DNA from: a bacterium
GTDB taxonomy: Bacteria; Zhuqueibacterota; Zhuqueibacteria; Residuimicrobiales; Krinioviventaceae
Reading direction: 5' to 3'
Assembly: GCA_963693055.1 (NCBI GenBank)
Contig: OY843751.1
Location: forward strand, 6,304,001 to 6,368,000
Length of the DNA: 64,000 nt
Under the pieces are notes generated by a model. The model did no database searches and was not told the origin of the DNA. It saw only the letters and a program-made list of their open reading frames with translations. Positions 48,162 through 57,878 of the stretch are shown in pieces. The position numbers and the translations under genes were made by a program. Position 1 is the first letter of the stretch. Every line of letters begins with the position of its first letter.

Positions 48162-48929
48162 ATGGCTAAAGTGCAAATACAAGACCTGCTGTTAGCAGGA
48201 TGTCATTTTGGGCATTTGACCCGCCGTTGGAACCCGAAAATGAAGCAATTCATTTTTATGGAACGGAATGGCATTCATATAATCGATTTGAAAAAATCTC
48301 TGGCAATGTTAGAGACCGCCTGTGATGAGCTTAAAGATATTGTGAGCAAAGGCGGAGAAGTCTTGTTGGTTGGAACGAAAAAACAAGCAAAAGATATTAT
48401 AAAGTTGGAAGCCGAACGTTGTAACATGCCTTATGTTACAGAACGTTGGTTAGGTGGAACCCTTACCAATTTCATTACCATCAAAAAGAGTGTAAAACGC
48501 TTAAAAAACCTTGAGAAAAAAGCCATTGATGGTACCTATGACAAACTTGCTAAAAAAGAAATTTTGTCAATTGAACGCGAAAAAGAAAAACTCAATACTG
48601 TTTTAGGTGGTATTCGTGAAATGAACCATCTTCCCGTTGCAATGTTTATTGTAGACGCTAAAAAAGAGAGTATTGCATTAAAAGAAGCTATCAAACTGGG
48701 AATACCGGTATTTGCTATTATTGATACCAACACAGACCCTGATCCCATTGACTTTCCCATTCCCTGTAATGATGACGCGTTCAAGTCCATCAACCTGGTT
48801 ACCCATACAATAGTTGATGCTATTATTGAAGGCAAAGCTGGTCAACAGGAACAGCAGGCAATTGCTGAATCTGAAGCTTCGGAAAAAGAATACGCCAAAG
48901 CTGAAGAAACAGGTAAAGTAGAAGAATAA
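48162..48929 (+). CDS. rpsB: 30S ribosomal protein S2
   Basis: HFGHLTRRWNPKM, RWLGGTLTN, DTNTDP, NDDA. Confidence 0.98.
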   Translation: MAKVQIQDLLLAGCHFGHLTRRWNPKMKQFIFMERNGIHIIDLKKSLAMLETACDELKDIVSKGGEVLLVGTKKQAKDIIKLEAERCNMPYVTERWLGGTLTNFITIKKSVKRLKNLEKKAIDGTYDKLAKKEILSIEREKEKLNTVLGGIREMNHLPVAMFIVDAKKESIALKEAIKLGIPVFAIIDTNTDPDPIDFPIPCNDDAFKSINLVTHTIVDAIIEGKAGQQEQQAIAESEASEKEYAKAEETGKVEE

Positions 48930-48982
48930 GACCCTATTTTATAATAGAGTTGTTAAGAAATTAATTTCAAGGAGAATTAATC

Positions 48983-49576
48983 ATGGCCATTTCGGCTTCG
49001 GATGTGAAAGCATTACGTGAAAAAACTGGCGCCGGCATGATGGATTGTAAAAAAGCGCTGGCTGAAAATGATGGTAATATAGAAAAAGCAATAGATTATT
49101 TGAGAAAAAAAGGTCTGCAAAAAGCTGAGAAAAAAGCAAGCAGAGACGCCAAAGAAGGTATTATTCAATCTTATATCCATCCTGGAAGTAGATTGGGTGT
49201 AATGGTTGAAATTAATTGTGAAACTGACTTTGTAGCACGTAACGATGATTTTCTTGAATTTGCCAAAGATGTTGCAATGCATATTGCAGCGGCAAAACCA
49301 TTGGTTGTTACCCGTGAAGAAGTTTCTCAGGAATTGATTGACAAAGAATTGGAAATCTATCGCGGACAGGCACGTGAACAGGGTAAACCGGAAAATATCA
49401 TTGAAAGAATGGTAACCGGCAAGATGGACAAGTTTTATCAGGAAAACTGCTTACTTGAGCAGCCTTTTGTTAAAGATCCTGACAAAACAATCAAAGACCT
49501 GTTGACCGGCGCAGTTGCAAAACTTGGGGAAAATATTGTAATTGCAAGATTTGTCCGTTTTCAATTAGGTGAATAA
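48983..49576 (+). CDS. tsf: Elongation factor Ts (short form)
   Basis: [24 protein letters not shown]. Confidence 0.98.
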   Translation: MAISASDVKALREKTGAGMMDCKKALAENDGNIEKAIDYLRKKGLQKAEKKASRDAKEGIIQSYIHPGSRLGVMVEINCETDFVARNDDFLEFAKDVAMHIAAAKPLVVTREEVSQELIDKELEIYRGQAREQGKPENIIERMVTGKMDKFYQENCLLEQPFVKDPDKTIKDLLTGAVAKLGENIVIARFVRFQLGE

Positions 49577-49582
49577 ATTATC

Positions 49583-49614
49583 AAGAGCAAAGAGTTATCT
49601 TTGCTCTTTTTTTT
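49583..49614 (+). terminator. Intrinsic terminator after tsf
   Basis: AAGAGCAAAGA/TCTTTGCTCTT stem plus T-run. Confidence 0.8.
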
Positions 49615-49647
49615 AACTATAGTGTAATAAAATCAGGAAATAGTATT

Positions 49648-50373
49648 CTGTCAGATAAACCGATATACAAACGAATATTGTTAAAGCTCAGCGGTGAGGC
49701 TCTTATGGGAGACTCAAAAAAGCTGGGAATTGATCCTGCGACTGTAGACCAGATCTGTAGGGATATAAGCGAGATTTATCATATGGGTGTACAGATTGGG
49801 ATCATAGTAGGTGGTGGAAATATCTTCAGAGGTCTTTCTGCAAGTGCCCGTGGAATGGACCGGGTTTCAGCCGATTATATGGGAATGCTTGCCACAGTGA
49901 TTAATTCTCTGGCTTTGCAGGATTATCTGGAACGTTACGATATTGAAACCCGTGTAATGACCGCCATTAAAATGGAAGAACTGGCCGAACCCTTTATTCG
50001 CAGAAGAGCTGTTGCACATCTTGCAAATAATAAAGTTGTAATTTTTGGTGCCGGTACAGGAAATCCTTATTTCACTACTGATACGGCAGCTGCTCTGCGT
50101 GCTATTGAAATAGAGGCAGATGCTATATTAAAAGCAACACAAGTTGACGGTGTTTATGATAAAGATCCGCAAAAGCATGATGATGCTGTCAAATTTGAAG
50201 AATTGACATATATGGATGTAGTTCAAAAACGTTTACGTGTTATGGATACTACAGCCGTTACATTATGTATGGAAAACAATTTACCGATTCAGGTATTTAA
50301 ATTAAAAGAGCCAGGTAATTTGAAAAAAGTTATCTATGGCGAAAAAATTGGAACCAAAGTTATTGGTGAGTAA
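49648..50373 (+). CDS. pyrH: UMP kinase (probable CTG/ATT start; first canonical start is TTG 49678)
   Basis: [33 protein letters not shown]. Confidence 0.93.
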   Translation: MSDKPIYKRILLKLSGEALMGDSKKLGIDPATVDQICRDISEIYHMGVQIGIIVGGGNIFRGLSASARGMDRVSADYMGMLATVINSLALQDYLERYDIETRVMTAIKMEELAEPFIRRRAVAHLANNKVVIFGAGTGNPYFTTDTAAALRAIEIEADAILKATQVDGVYDKDPQKHDDAVKFEELTYMDVVQKRLRVMDTTAVTLCMENNLPIQVFKLKEPGNLKKVIYGEKIGTKVIGE

Positions 50374-50374
50374 A

Positions 50375-50932
50375 ATGATTGATTCGACCAAAAATGAAGC
50401 AAAGAAAAAAATGGAACTTGCTGTTGAAAGTGTACGTGGTGATTTTGTTAAACTACGTACCGGCAAGGCTACTCCTGCACTTCTTGATGGCATTCAGGTA
50501 GAGTACTATGGAAGCAATGTACCCTTGAAGCAAGTTGCCAATGTAAGTGCACCAGAACCCCGATTGCTGGTTGTTCAACCATGGGAAAAAAATCTTATTT
50601 CTGAAATTGAGAAATCAATACTGAAATCTGATTTGGGCTTTAATCCTACAAATGATGGTATTGTGATTCGTATTCCAATTCCACAACTCACGGAAGAACG
50701 CAGGCAGGCAATGGTAAAACTGGCAAAAAAAGCGGGCGAAGATGGCAAGATTGCAATCCGCAACATCCGCCGCGATGCTAATGAGAAATTGAAAAAGTCT
50801 CAAAAAGCCAGTGACATCTCTGAAGATGAAATGCATACCGCTCAGGAAGAAGTACAAAAATTAACCGATGATTTTGTTAAAAAAATCGACGAGTTGGTTG
50901 TCATTAAAGAAAAAGAGATTTTAGAAATCTAG
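50375..50932 (+). CDS. frr: Ribosome recycling factor
   Basis: LRTGKA, PQLTEERR, IRNIRRDAN. Confidence 0.97.
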   Translation: MIDSTKNEAKKKMELAVESVRGDFVKLRTGKATPALLDGIQVEYYGSNVPLKQVANVSAPEPRLLVVQPWEKNLISEIEKSILKSDLGFNPTNDGIVIRIPIPQLTEERRQAMVKLAKKAGEDGKIAIRNIRRDANEKLKKSQKASDISEDEMHTAQEEVQKLTDDFVKKIDELVVIKEKEILEI

Positions 50933-50959
50933 TTTATCGTTCAAAATGATTGTATTTAG

Positions 50960-51000
50960 ACCGCTGTTATTGTATTTTATAATACATCAGCGGTTTTTTT
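50960..51000 (+). terminator. Intrinsic terminator after frr
   Basis: ACCGCTG/CAGCGGT stem (extended by TGTATT/AATACA) plus T-run. Confidence 0.7.
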
Positions 51001-51006
51001 ATTTAT

Positions 51007-51780
51007 ATGGGAAAATTTATGAAAGCTGAATATGATGGTTTTGCATCGTTTTATGATTTGGAATATGGTCATAAAAATGATGATATAGAGTTTTATCTGC
51101 ATGTTGCACGAGAGATTGGCGGGCCCATTCTTGAAATTGGTGCCGGCACAGGACGTTTAACACTACCCCTGGCGCAGGAAGGTCATTCTATATGGGGTAT
51201 TGATAATTCTGGTAAAATGCTTGAAAAAGCAGAAGAGAAAAAACAGACCTTACCCGGACATGTAATTCCTGAAATCCATTTTGAGCAACAGGATATGCGG
51301 GAATTTAGTCTTGATCAAACTTTTAATCTTTGCATTATTCCCTTTCGGGCTTTTTTGCACAATTTGAATATTGATGATCAGCTCAAAACGCTTGACCGGA
51401 TTTATGAACATATGGAGCCCAACGGGATTTTGGCCTTTGATTTATTTGTTCCATTATATAGTATGCTGGCTAAAACACAGTGGCAGGATTCCTTTGCGCC
51501 CGAAGAATTGGCTGATCCCAAGGCTGGTGTTTCAATCTCTACGCAGGTTGATCATGATCCGGTAGAGCAGTTGTTGACCATTAACAATACCTATCGGGTA
51601 AATGATAAAGTTGAAGAACAGGTTATGAAATATAGGTATATTTTTAGATATGAAATGGAACTTTTATTAAATATGGCCGGTTTTACAGTTGAACAAGTTT
51701 ATGGAGGCTTTGAGGGCCAGGAATATGACTTTAACAGTGGATTAATGATAGTCACTGCAAGCAAACAAGATGAATCCTAA
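51007..51780 (+). CDS. Class I SAM-dependent methyltransferase
   Basis: ILEIGAGTGR, GID, QDMREF. Confidence 0.88.
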   Translation: MGKFMKAEYDGFASFYDLEYGHKNDDIEFYLHVAREIGGPILEIGAGTGRLTLPLAQEGHSIWGIDNSGKMLEKAEEKKQTLPGHVIPEIHFEQQDMREFSLDQTFNLCIIPFRAFLHNLNIDDQLKTLDRIYEHMEPNGILAFDLFVPLYSMLAKTQWQDSFAPEELADPKAGVSISTQVDHDPVEQLLTINNTYRVNDKVEEQVMKYRYIFRYEMELLLNMAGFTVEQVYGGFEGQEYDFNSGLMIVTASKQDES

Positions 51781-51804
51781 TTATAACCGGACCAGGAAGC
51801 GGCA

Positions 51805-52692
51805 ATGTTGAATATCAAAAAAGTTAAATTTGTTTTAAATCCAAAATCGGGATTAATTCAGAGTCCGTTGATCTTTCGTAATATTATTGAATCTGCTATT
51901 CACGGTGCAGAATTTGAATATGATTTTCAGGAAACAGAATACCGTGGACATGCAAAAAAAATTGCATCAGATGCCGCTAAAAATGGATACGATGTGGTTG
52001 TAGCTATTGGCGGAGATGGAACGGCAAACGAAGTCTGTACTGGTGTTTTACATACTGATACTGCTGCGGCAATCATCCCTATTGGTTCAGGCAATGGATT
52101 GGCAAGAAATTTGGGAATTCCGCTGGCAGCAAACAAGGCTGCAAAATTATTGCTGGATGGTAAAGTCAAAACCATTGACGCAGGCAAGATACAAGATCGG
52201 TACTTTTTTATTGTAACCGGTATGGGATTTGACGCAATTATTGGTAAGATCTTTGACGAAGGAAATATACGCGGACCTGTACCCTATTTTTATATCGGGT
52301 TTAGAGAATTTTTTATGTATAAACCCGAAGTGTTTATTTTAAAATTTGACGGCAAACAGGTAGCAGTGCCCGCACTTTTGGTTACTATTGCCAATCAGCG
52401 ACAGTGGGGTGTAGGTGCCATTATCTCTCCCAAAGCTGACCCTGAAGACGGTTTGCTGGATGTTTGCGTTTTACACCGGGTCAATTTTTTCTATGGTCTC
52501 TTTCATTTACCTAAAATTTTTACCGGCAAGATAGACAAGATAAGGAAATATGATCGTTACCAGACCAAAGAGTTGACAGTGGTAAGAGAACAAGCCGGCC
52601 CGTTTCATTACGATGGAGAGCCGGTAGATGCGGGTACTGAACTAAAAATTTCGGTTGTGCCCAAAGCGTTGAAAATTATTGTTCCGTCATGA
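51805..52692 (+). CDS. Diacylglycerol kinase (YegS/DgkB) family lipid kinase
   Basis: NPKSG, GGDGT, PIGSGN, DGE. Confidence 0.9.
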   Translation: MLNIKKVKFVLNPKSGLIQSPLIFRNIIESAIHGAEFEYDFQETEYRGHAKKIASDAAKNGYDVVVAIGGDGTANEVCTGVLHTDTAAAIIPIGSGNGLARNLGIPLAANKAAKLLLDGKVKTIDAGKIQDRYFFIVTGMGFDAIIGKIFDEGNIRGPVPYFYIGFREFFMYKPEVFILKFDGKQVAVPALLVTIANQRQWGVGAIISPKADPEDGLLDVCVLHRVNFFYGLFHLPKIFTGKIDKIRKYDRYQTKELTVVREQAGPFHYDGEPVDAGTELKISVVPKALKIIVPS

Positions 52693-52702
52693 TTACAAGT
52701 GT

Positions 52703-52730
52703 GGAACATTTTTACTTCTTTTCCGTCTAT
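52703..52730 (+). promoter_or_regulatory. Putative ECF-sigma promoter
   Basis: GGAAC-N16-CGTCTA. Confidence 0.5.
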
Positions 52731-52758
52731 AAATTAGTTTCGCTTGCCGGAGAAATTC

Positions 52759-53682
52759 ATGACTTTTATTAAAAATATTTTAATGGGCTTGTTTGTGCTG
52801 ATTATTTCAGCAGGCGTGTTTTTTTATCTTGTTAAAGATCAGCCTGTTAAAGACAATATTTTAAAAACTACGCTTGAACTGTTTGGTGATGATCTTTTTG
52901 CAATGTACCCGGATGGTGAGCAAAAAGAAAAATTGCGACAAAAGTATGATGTATTTTTAAAACGCACAGAAGAAGATGAGGTACCCCAGGAAGAAATTGA
53001 ACGCGTTGCCGCGGGTATTTTAAACTTTACTTCAATGGAGCACAGACTGCCTCCCGAGCTGGTTATGCAATTTCTGGATGGTGCTGCTTTGGATTCTATT
53101 ACCAACGATTCTCTACAACCTCTGGCTGCACGTGACCGTTCGATGCGCCCTATGATGCCTGGTAACCCCCGTTTTCCGTTTCCCCCAAAACGCCCTGATC
53201 ATGTGGAATGGGACCCTGAATCTAAAAAAGAATTTGCAGAACATTTAAAAGAGATTAAACTATTCCACGAAGAAATGCAGCGTTTGTGGGAGAATGACTC
53301 TACCATGCGGGATTTGCAAAATCAGGTTTTTTTCAGTGCAGACAGTGGGCTAAAGGTTACAATAGATGTAAATATGCGCGATCTGATGCAGCAGCGTGCA
53401 GATAAAATGGAAAAATTAAAAGACCTTGAGAAACAACGAATTATTGTGTGGAACCAGCAGCAAATCGATGAAAAACAACTGCAGGCTATCAAGCTGGGTT
53501 TGCAGCACATACCCGGTGTGGGGAAAGAATTAAAAGCAGTTATCGAGTTGACTGACTTGCCTGATTCACTTTTACACAATTATCATTACGAATTCAACAC
53601 TGATTCACTTGAAAAGGTTATTGAATTACGTCTTGAGGAACTAATTGAAAGAAATCTACAAGAACTGGATTCACTCCAATAA
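52759..53682 (+). CDS. Hypothetical membrane-anchored helical protein
   Basis: Single N-terminal TM, central Pro-rich linker. Confidence 0.65.
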   Translation: MTFIKNILMGLFVLIISAGVFFYLVKDQPVKDNILKTTLELFGDDLFAMYPDGEQKEKLRQKYDVFLKRTEEDEVPQEEIERVAAGILNFTSMEHRLPPELVMQFLDGAALDSITNDSLQPLAARDRSMRPMMPGNPRFPFPPKRPDHVEWDPESKKEFAEHLKEIKLFHEEMQRLWENDSTMRDLQNQVFFSADSGLKVTIDVNMRDLMQQRADKMEKLKDLEKQRIIVWNQQQIDEKQLQAIKLGLQHIPGVGKELKAVIELTDLPDSLLHNYHYEFNTDSLEKVIELRLEELIERNLQELDSLQ

Positions 53683-53697
53683 ACCTAAAATAATAAA

Positions 53698-55386
53698 TTA
53701 CAGGTTCCCGGCTAAAACCAATGTTCCTGTTTGTTTTTCTGTTATCCCTTTTCCTGATTCAATGCATTCCAAAAGAACAATATAAATACCCATTCTACAG
53801 CATATACCTTCATCATCCAGACCATCCCAAAAGACTGTACCTTGAGCGGCACAACTTTCATTGTTACATAAAAATCTGACTTGTCTGCCTACACTGTCAA
53901 ATATTCGAATGTTGATTTTTGAGGTATAGCGGGGAAGAATATAATTGATGCCTGCATAGTCTTCGTGCCCATCACCATCAGGAGAAAAGGGGCTGGGAGA
54001 TATTTGGATGCTTGAAGCGGTTGGCAGCATATCGGTATAGATACTGTTGGACAGTCCTGCCGAATGGCCGTTTGTATTTACACAGCTCTTCCAGTTTCTG
54101 TATTCATTACTCTCTGATAGAGGATTCAACCGTTCCAACGAGATCCCTTTGGCGCCTCCCCAGGATTCGTAATATTCCACATACTCTACAAGCGAGCCGA
54201 TGGCATCCCGCAATGCAATGCTGTCCGCGTCGTTAACCAGTCCCGGAAATGACAGAGGAACCAGAACATTGGTTTCCTGAGATAAAAAAGGTACAATTGT
54301 GCTGTCATCTGCAATTACCGCAAAGCTTTGAGAGGGAAGCCAAAACGGTGTATGGGTGAATGTTTTTGCTTCTCCCTGATTGTCATAATACATCCAGTTT
54401 TGCAGGTTGATATCCTTTTGGCTGGAGTTATAAATTTCAAACCATTCAGGCATATCCGGTTGAGGCGAGTACATGATCTCATTCACAATGACAGAACCTT
54501 TTGGGTATCCTCCAATAATCTGTAGAGAGTCAAGATTGTTATCCGGATTTTCATCTTTTTCACATACCAGCTCAGCGGTTATATAGAAAATGCCATTCGG
54601 AAAATCATTCCATTCTAATCCAAGTGTTGCGGATTCGTCCGGTTCCAGCATTGAAAAGACAATTCCGTCTTTAATTTTTTGATATGGACCCTCCTGGTTG
54701 CATGACCATGAAAACACTATTTCCGCAGCGTCTATTGTCTGTGCACCTTTGTTAATAACAGTTATTTCAAGATCAAGGGGTTGGCCAGATTGAGGAGGAT
54801 TGGGAAGAATGTTTATTGATCCTTTAACAATAGCAGGATCGATGGCTTTGAGCGAGATAGAGTTTCTGTAGCCAGGTGTACCATTCATTATTGTGCTGTG
54901 TCCCCAACTGTTTTGATCATACCGTATGCGTTCTTCTGAAATTCCATCATCATTCGGGATTGTATATTGGAACGAATCTACCATGGTACTATCGGGTTTG
55001 TATAAAAAAACAGTCTCTGCTCTGGTATTTGACAGACCATAGGCGCCAATCTGTGAGTGGTTGATGGTAAGAACCAGGCAATCTTGAGGGATTTGATTGT
55101 CATATTCAGTACTGTTGATAAAATAGTTTTCAACCAGTACAAGGGCATACTGGCCGGGAGCCAGTAAGGTATGTTCATTATGGGCAATTAGAATACTGGT
55201 GCGATCGGCATCGCCAATCAACCAGCCATTGATATCTATTGTTTCGGAACGACTTGAATTATAAAGTTCAATAAATTCATTGTAACGTTCATTCCCTTGA
55301 GGATTAAACATAATTTCAGATAAAAATATCTCTGAATAACATACTGCGGACAACAACAACACGAAAACTGCAGGTACTATTTTCAT
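53698..55386 (-). CDS. Secreted protein with two lamin-tail domains, CARDB-like domain and C-terminal FlgD/CHU_C-like domain
   Basis: SEIMFNP..EFIELYN and NEIMYSP..EWFEIYN; PFSPDGDG..D; WDGLDDEG. Confidence 0.8.
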   Translation of the reverse strand: MKIVPAVFVLLLSAVCYSEIFLSEIMFNPQGNERYNEFIELYNSSRSETIDINGWLIGDADRTSILIAHNEHTLLAPGQYALVLVENYFINSTEYDNQIPQDCLVLTINHSQIGAYGLSNTRAETVFLYKPDSTMVDSFQYTIPNDDGISEERIRYDQNSWGHSTIMNGTPGYRNSISLKAIDPAIVKGSINILPNPPQSGQPLDLEITVINKGAQTIDAAEIVFSWSCNQEGPYQKIKDGIVFSMLEPDESATLGLEWNDFPNGIFYITAELVCEKDENPDNNLDSLQIIGGYPKGSVIVNEIMYSPQPDMPEWFEIYNSSQKDINLQNWMYYDNQGEAKTFTHTPFWLPSQSFAVIADDSTIVPFLSQETNVLVPLSFPGLVNDADSIALRDAIGSLVEYVEYYESWGGAKGISLERLNPLSESNEYRNWKSCVNTNGHSAGLSNSIYTDMLPTASSIQISPSPFSPDGDGHEDYAGINYILPRYTSKINIRIFDSVGRQVRFLCNNESCAAQGTVFWDGLDDEGICCRMGIYIVLLECIESGKGITEKQTGTLVLAGNL

Positions 55387-55398
55387 GGCGTATTTCCG

Positions 55399-56763
55399 TT
55401 AAGAGTTCGCTTCTTTTCCCTTTAAAATATCTAACAGTGTTTTTTTGTTAAAAGATTTTCTGTACGAAGTCAGAAAAGTATTCGTTAGAGACGTTACAGT
55501 TTTATCGTATTGAGATTCCTGTTCATTGTGTAAACGGTTTGTACCAAAATTGTTAATCTGCTGCAATACATCCGAGATTTGCAATTTGTCCAGGCTCCTG
55601 GCTGGTGTGTAAGCAGAGGGAACGCTTTCAATAACATTGATTAGCTTTTGTTCACTCAGCATGTTCAGCAATTCACTGGTTAGCGGTTCTGGGATGTTGA
55701 ATGTATCTGTTATATCATGAGCAGATGGTGCCTTTTCCCCGAGATAAAAACGCTCGGAGATCAGCAGCATGATCTTGAGCGCGGTTTGGATTTTAATATT
55801 ATGACTGTAATTGGTATCACGCAGTTCCCAGGTGATCTTGTTTACATTTTGATTAACATAAGAGACCTCAACACCCAATAATACAATGGCCCAACTCATG
55901 AACATCCAAACCAGAAAAAGCGGTAATGTGGCAAAACCGGCATATACCGCAGCTTTGGCTCCAAACTGGTATGAAGAAACAATAAAATGCGCAAAGAAAT
56001 AATTACTGATCATCCACAAAGAACCGCCCACAATAGCACCCATAAACGCGGAACCGGTTTTGACTTTGGTGTTGGGAACATATGAGATGATGAAATAAAA
56101 AAACAGCCAGGTGATTAAAATGGGTATGGTTTTGTTGATCAAAAATGGTACACCGGGAATCTTGTTGATAGCCTGAACAATAAACAGACTTTGCATTGAA
56201 GCGGTTACACCCAGAAAGGCAAAGACCAGTAAAGGTCCCAGCATCAGCACACTCAGATAATCGGTAAAACGGCGATGAATGCTGCGAACCTGACGAATCT
56301 TCCATACATCGTTAAAGGCGCGTTCAATATTGTTGACAATAGAAAGTACAGACAGAAACAATAATAAAAAGCCTACGGTTCCCAAAGCGCCAACATTGAC
56401 ATGGTTGACAAGTTTGATAATGTTTTCAACCAAAGTCTTTACAGCTTGGTCACCTAATGGGCTGAACAATTGATCAAGGGCGGGCTCTAGTTTGTTGTCA
56501 TACCCAAATCCTTTTAACAAAGAAAACAAGACTGCTAACAGAGGTACTATGGAAAGTAGAGTGGCATATACCAAAGCCGAAGCCCGTACCAATAGTCTGT
56601 CTTGAATGAAAGCGCGTCCCACCAAAAAAACTACCAATAGTTGGTGATACCCCAATGCCCTTGCGCGAGAAATTTTGCTGAAATCCAATACCCAAAGATC
56701 GTGGATAAAAAACTGTTTAAGCGATTTTAATACTTGAATTATTTGTAATATAAATTTTTTCAA
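55399..56763 (-). CDS. YihY/BrkB family membrane protein with C-terminal winged HTH
   Basis: ASALVYATLLSIVP, IERAFNDVW, VYAGFA.LP.FL.W. Confidence 0.88.
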   Translation of the reverse strand: MKKFILQIIQVLKSLKQFFIHDLWVLDFSKISRARALGYHQLLVVFLVGRAFIQDRLLVRASALVYATLLSIVPLLAVLFSLLKGFGYDNKLEPALDQLFSPLGDQAVKTLVENIIKLVNHVNVGALGTVGFLLLFLSVLSIVNNIERAFNDVWKIRQVRSIHRRFTDYLSVLMLGPLLVFAFLGVTASMQSLFIVQAINKIPGVPFLINKTIPILITWLFFYFIISYVPNTKVKTGSAFMGAIVGGSLWMISNYFFAHFIVSSYQFGAKAAVYAGFATLPLFLVWMFMSWAIVLLGVEVSYVNQNVNKITWELRDTNYSHNIKIQTALKIMLLISERFYLGEKAPSAHDITDTFNIPEPLTSELLNMLSEQKLINVIESVPSAYTPARSLDKLQISDVLQQINNFGTNRLHNEQESQYDKTVTSLTNTFLTSYRKSFNKKTLLDILKGKEANS

Positions 56764-56857
56764 ATGTGAACCAATAGTTTGTATTTATCAGGTTTAATGA
56801 TAAATTATACAAATAGCTACTTCAAAATGCAAGTTAAATGAACATTAGGATTGAAAT

Positions 56858-57826
56858 ATGAAATATAGAACTTTGGGTAACTCTGAACTTGATATATCCG
56901 TTATTGGATTGGGAACCTGGGCAATAGGTGGACCGGACTGGGAATATGGCTGGGGCAGTCAGGAAGATCGTGAATCGATACAGACCATTCACAAGGCTGT
57001 TGACAACGGTATCAACTGGCTCGATACCGCGGCAGTTTATGGCCTGGGCCATTCGGAAACTGTTGTTGGCAAAGCATTAAAAGAGATGAGTGAAAAGCCC
57101 TACGTTTTTACCAAATGCGCGCGTACCTGGAATGATAATCGGGAAATTGGACATAATCTGAAAAAAGAGAGTGTAAAAAAAGAGTGTGAAGACAGCCTGC
57201 GTCGTTTGGGTGTTGATGTGATTGATGTTTATCAAGTCCACTGGCCGGTGCCGGATGAAGACATAGAAGAGGGCTGGACCGCCATTGCGGAATTGATTGA
57301 GGAAGGTAAAGTCCGTTATGCCGGTACTTCGAATTTCAGTAAATCACAATTGCAGCGGGTACAATCCATACACCCGGTGATTTCTTTACAGCCACCTTAT
57401 AGCATGCTGGTAAGAGATATAGAAAAAGAAATTATGCCCTATTGTGGTGAAGAGAATATTGGTATGATCTGTTACAGTCCCATGTATAAAGGATTGTTAA
57501 CGGGTAAAATGACTCGTGAACGGGTTGAGGCTTTTGATGAAAATGATCACCGCAGCCGTGATCCACGTTTCAAGGAACCGGAATTGACTGCAAATCTGAA
57601 TCTAGTTGAAGGATTAAAGACCATTGCCGATCGTAATGATAAATCAGTTTTGCATCTGGCTATTGCATGGACATTGCGTCGCCCAGAAATGACGGCTGCA
57701 ATAGTTGGGGCCCGCAGACCTGATCAGATAGAGGGAATTATACCGGCAGGGGACTGGGAGTTGTCTGGAAAAGATATTGATGAAATTGATGTGTTATTGA
57801 AACAGCGGAATAATGATTTATCCTAA
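56858..57826 (+). CDS. Aldo/keto reductase
   Basis: GLGTW, DTAAVYG, SLRRLGVDVID.Y..HWP, SNF. Confidence 0.93.
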   Translation: MKYRTLGNSELDISVIGLGTWAIGGPDWEYGWGSQEDRESIQTIHKAVDNGINWLDTAAVYGLGHSETVVGKALKEMSEKPYVFTKCARTWNDNREIGHNLKKESVKKECEDSLRRLGVDVIDVYQVHWPVPDEDIEEGWTAIAELIEEGKVRYAGTSNFSKSQLQRVQSIHPVISLQPPYSMLVRDIEKEIMPYCGEENIGMICYSPMYKGLLTGKMTRERVEAFDENDHRSRDPRFKEPELTANLNLVEGLKTIADRNDKSVLHLAIAWTLRRPEMTAAIVGARRPDQIEGIIPAGDWELSGKDIDEIDVLLKQRNNDLS

Positions 57827-57878
57827 GCCTGCAAGGTATATCAGGTCATGGACTGATATGCCTTGTTTTTTTGATATA

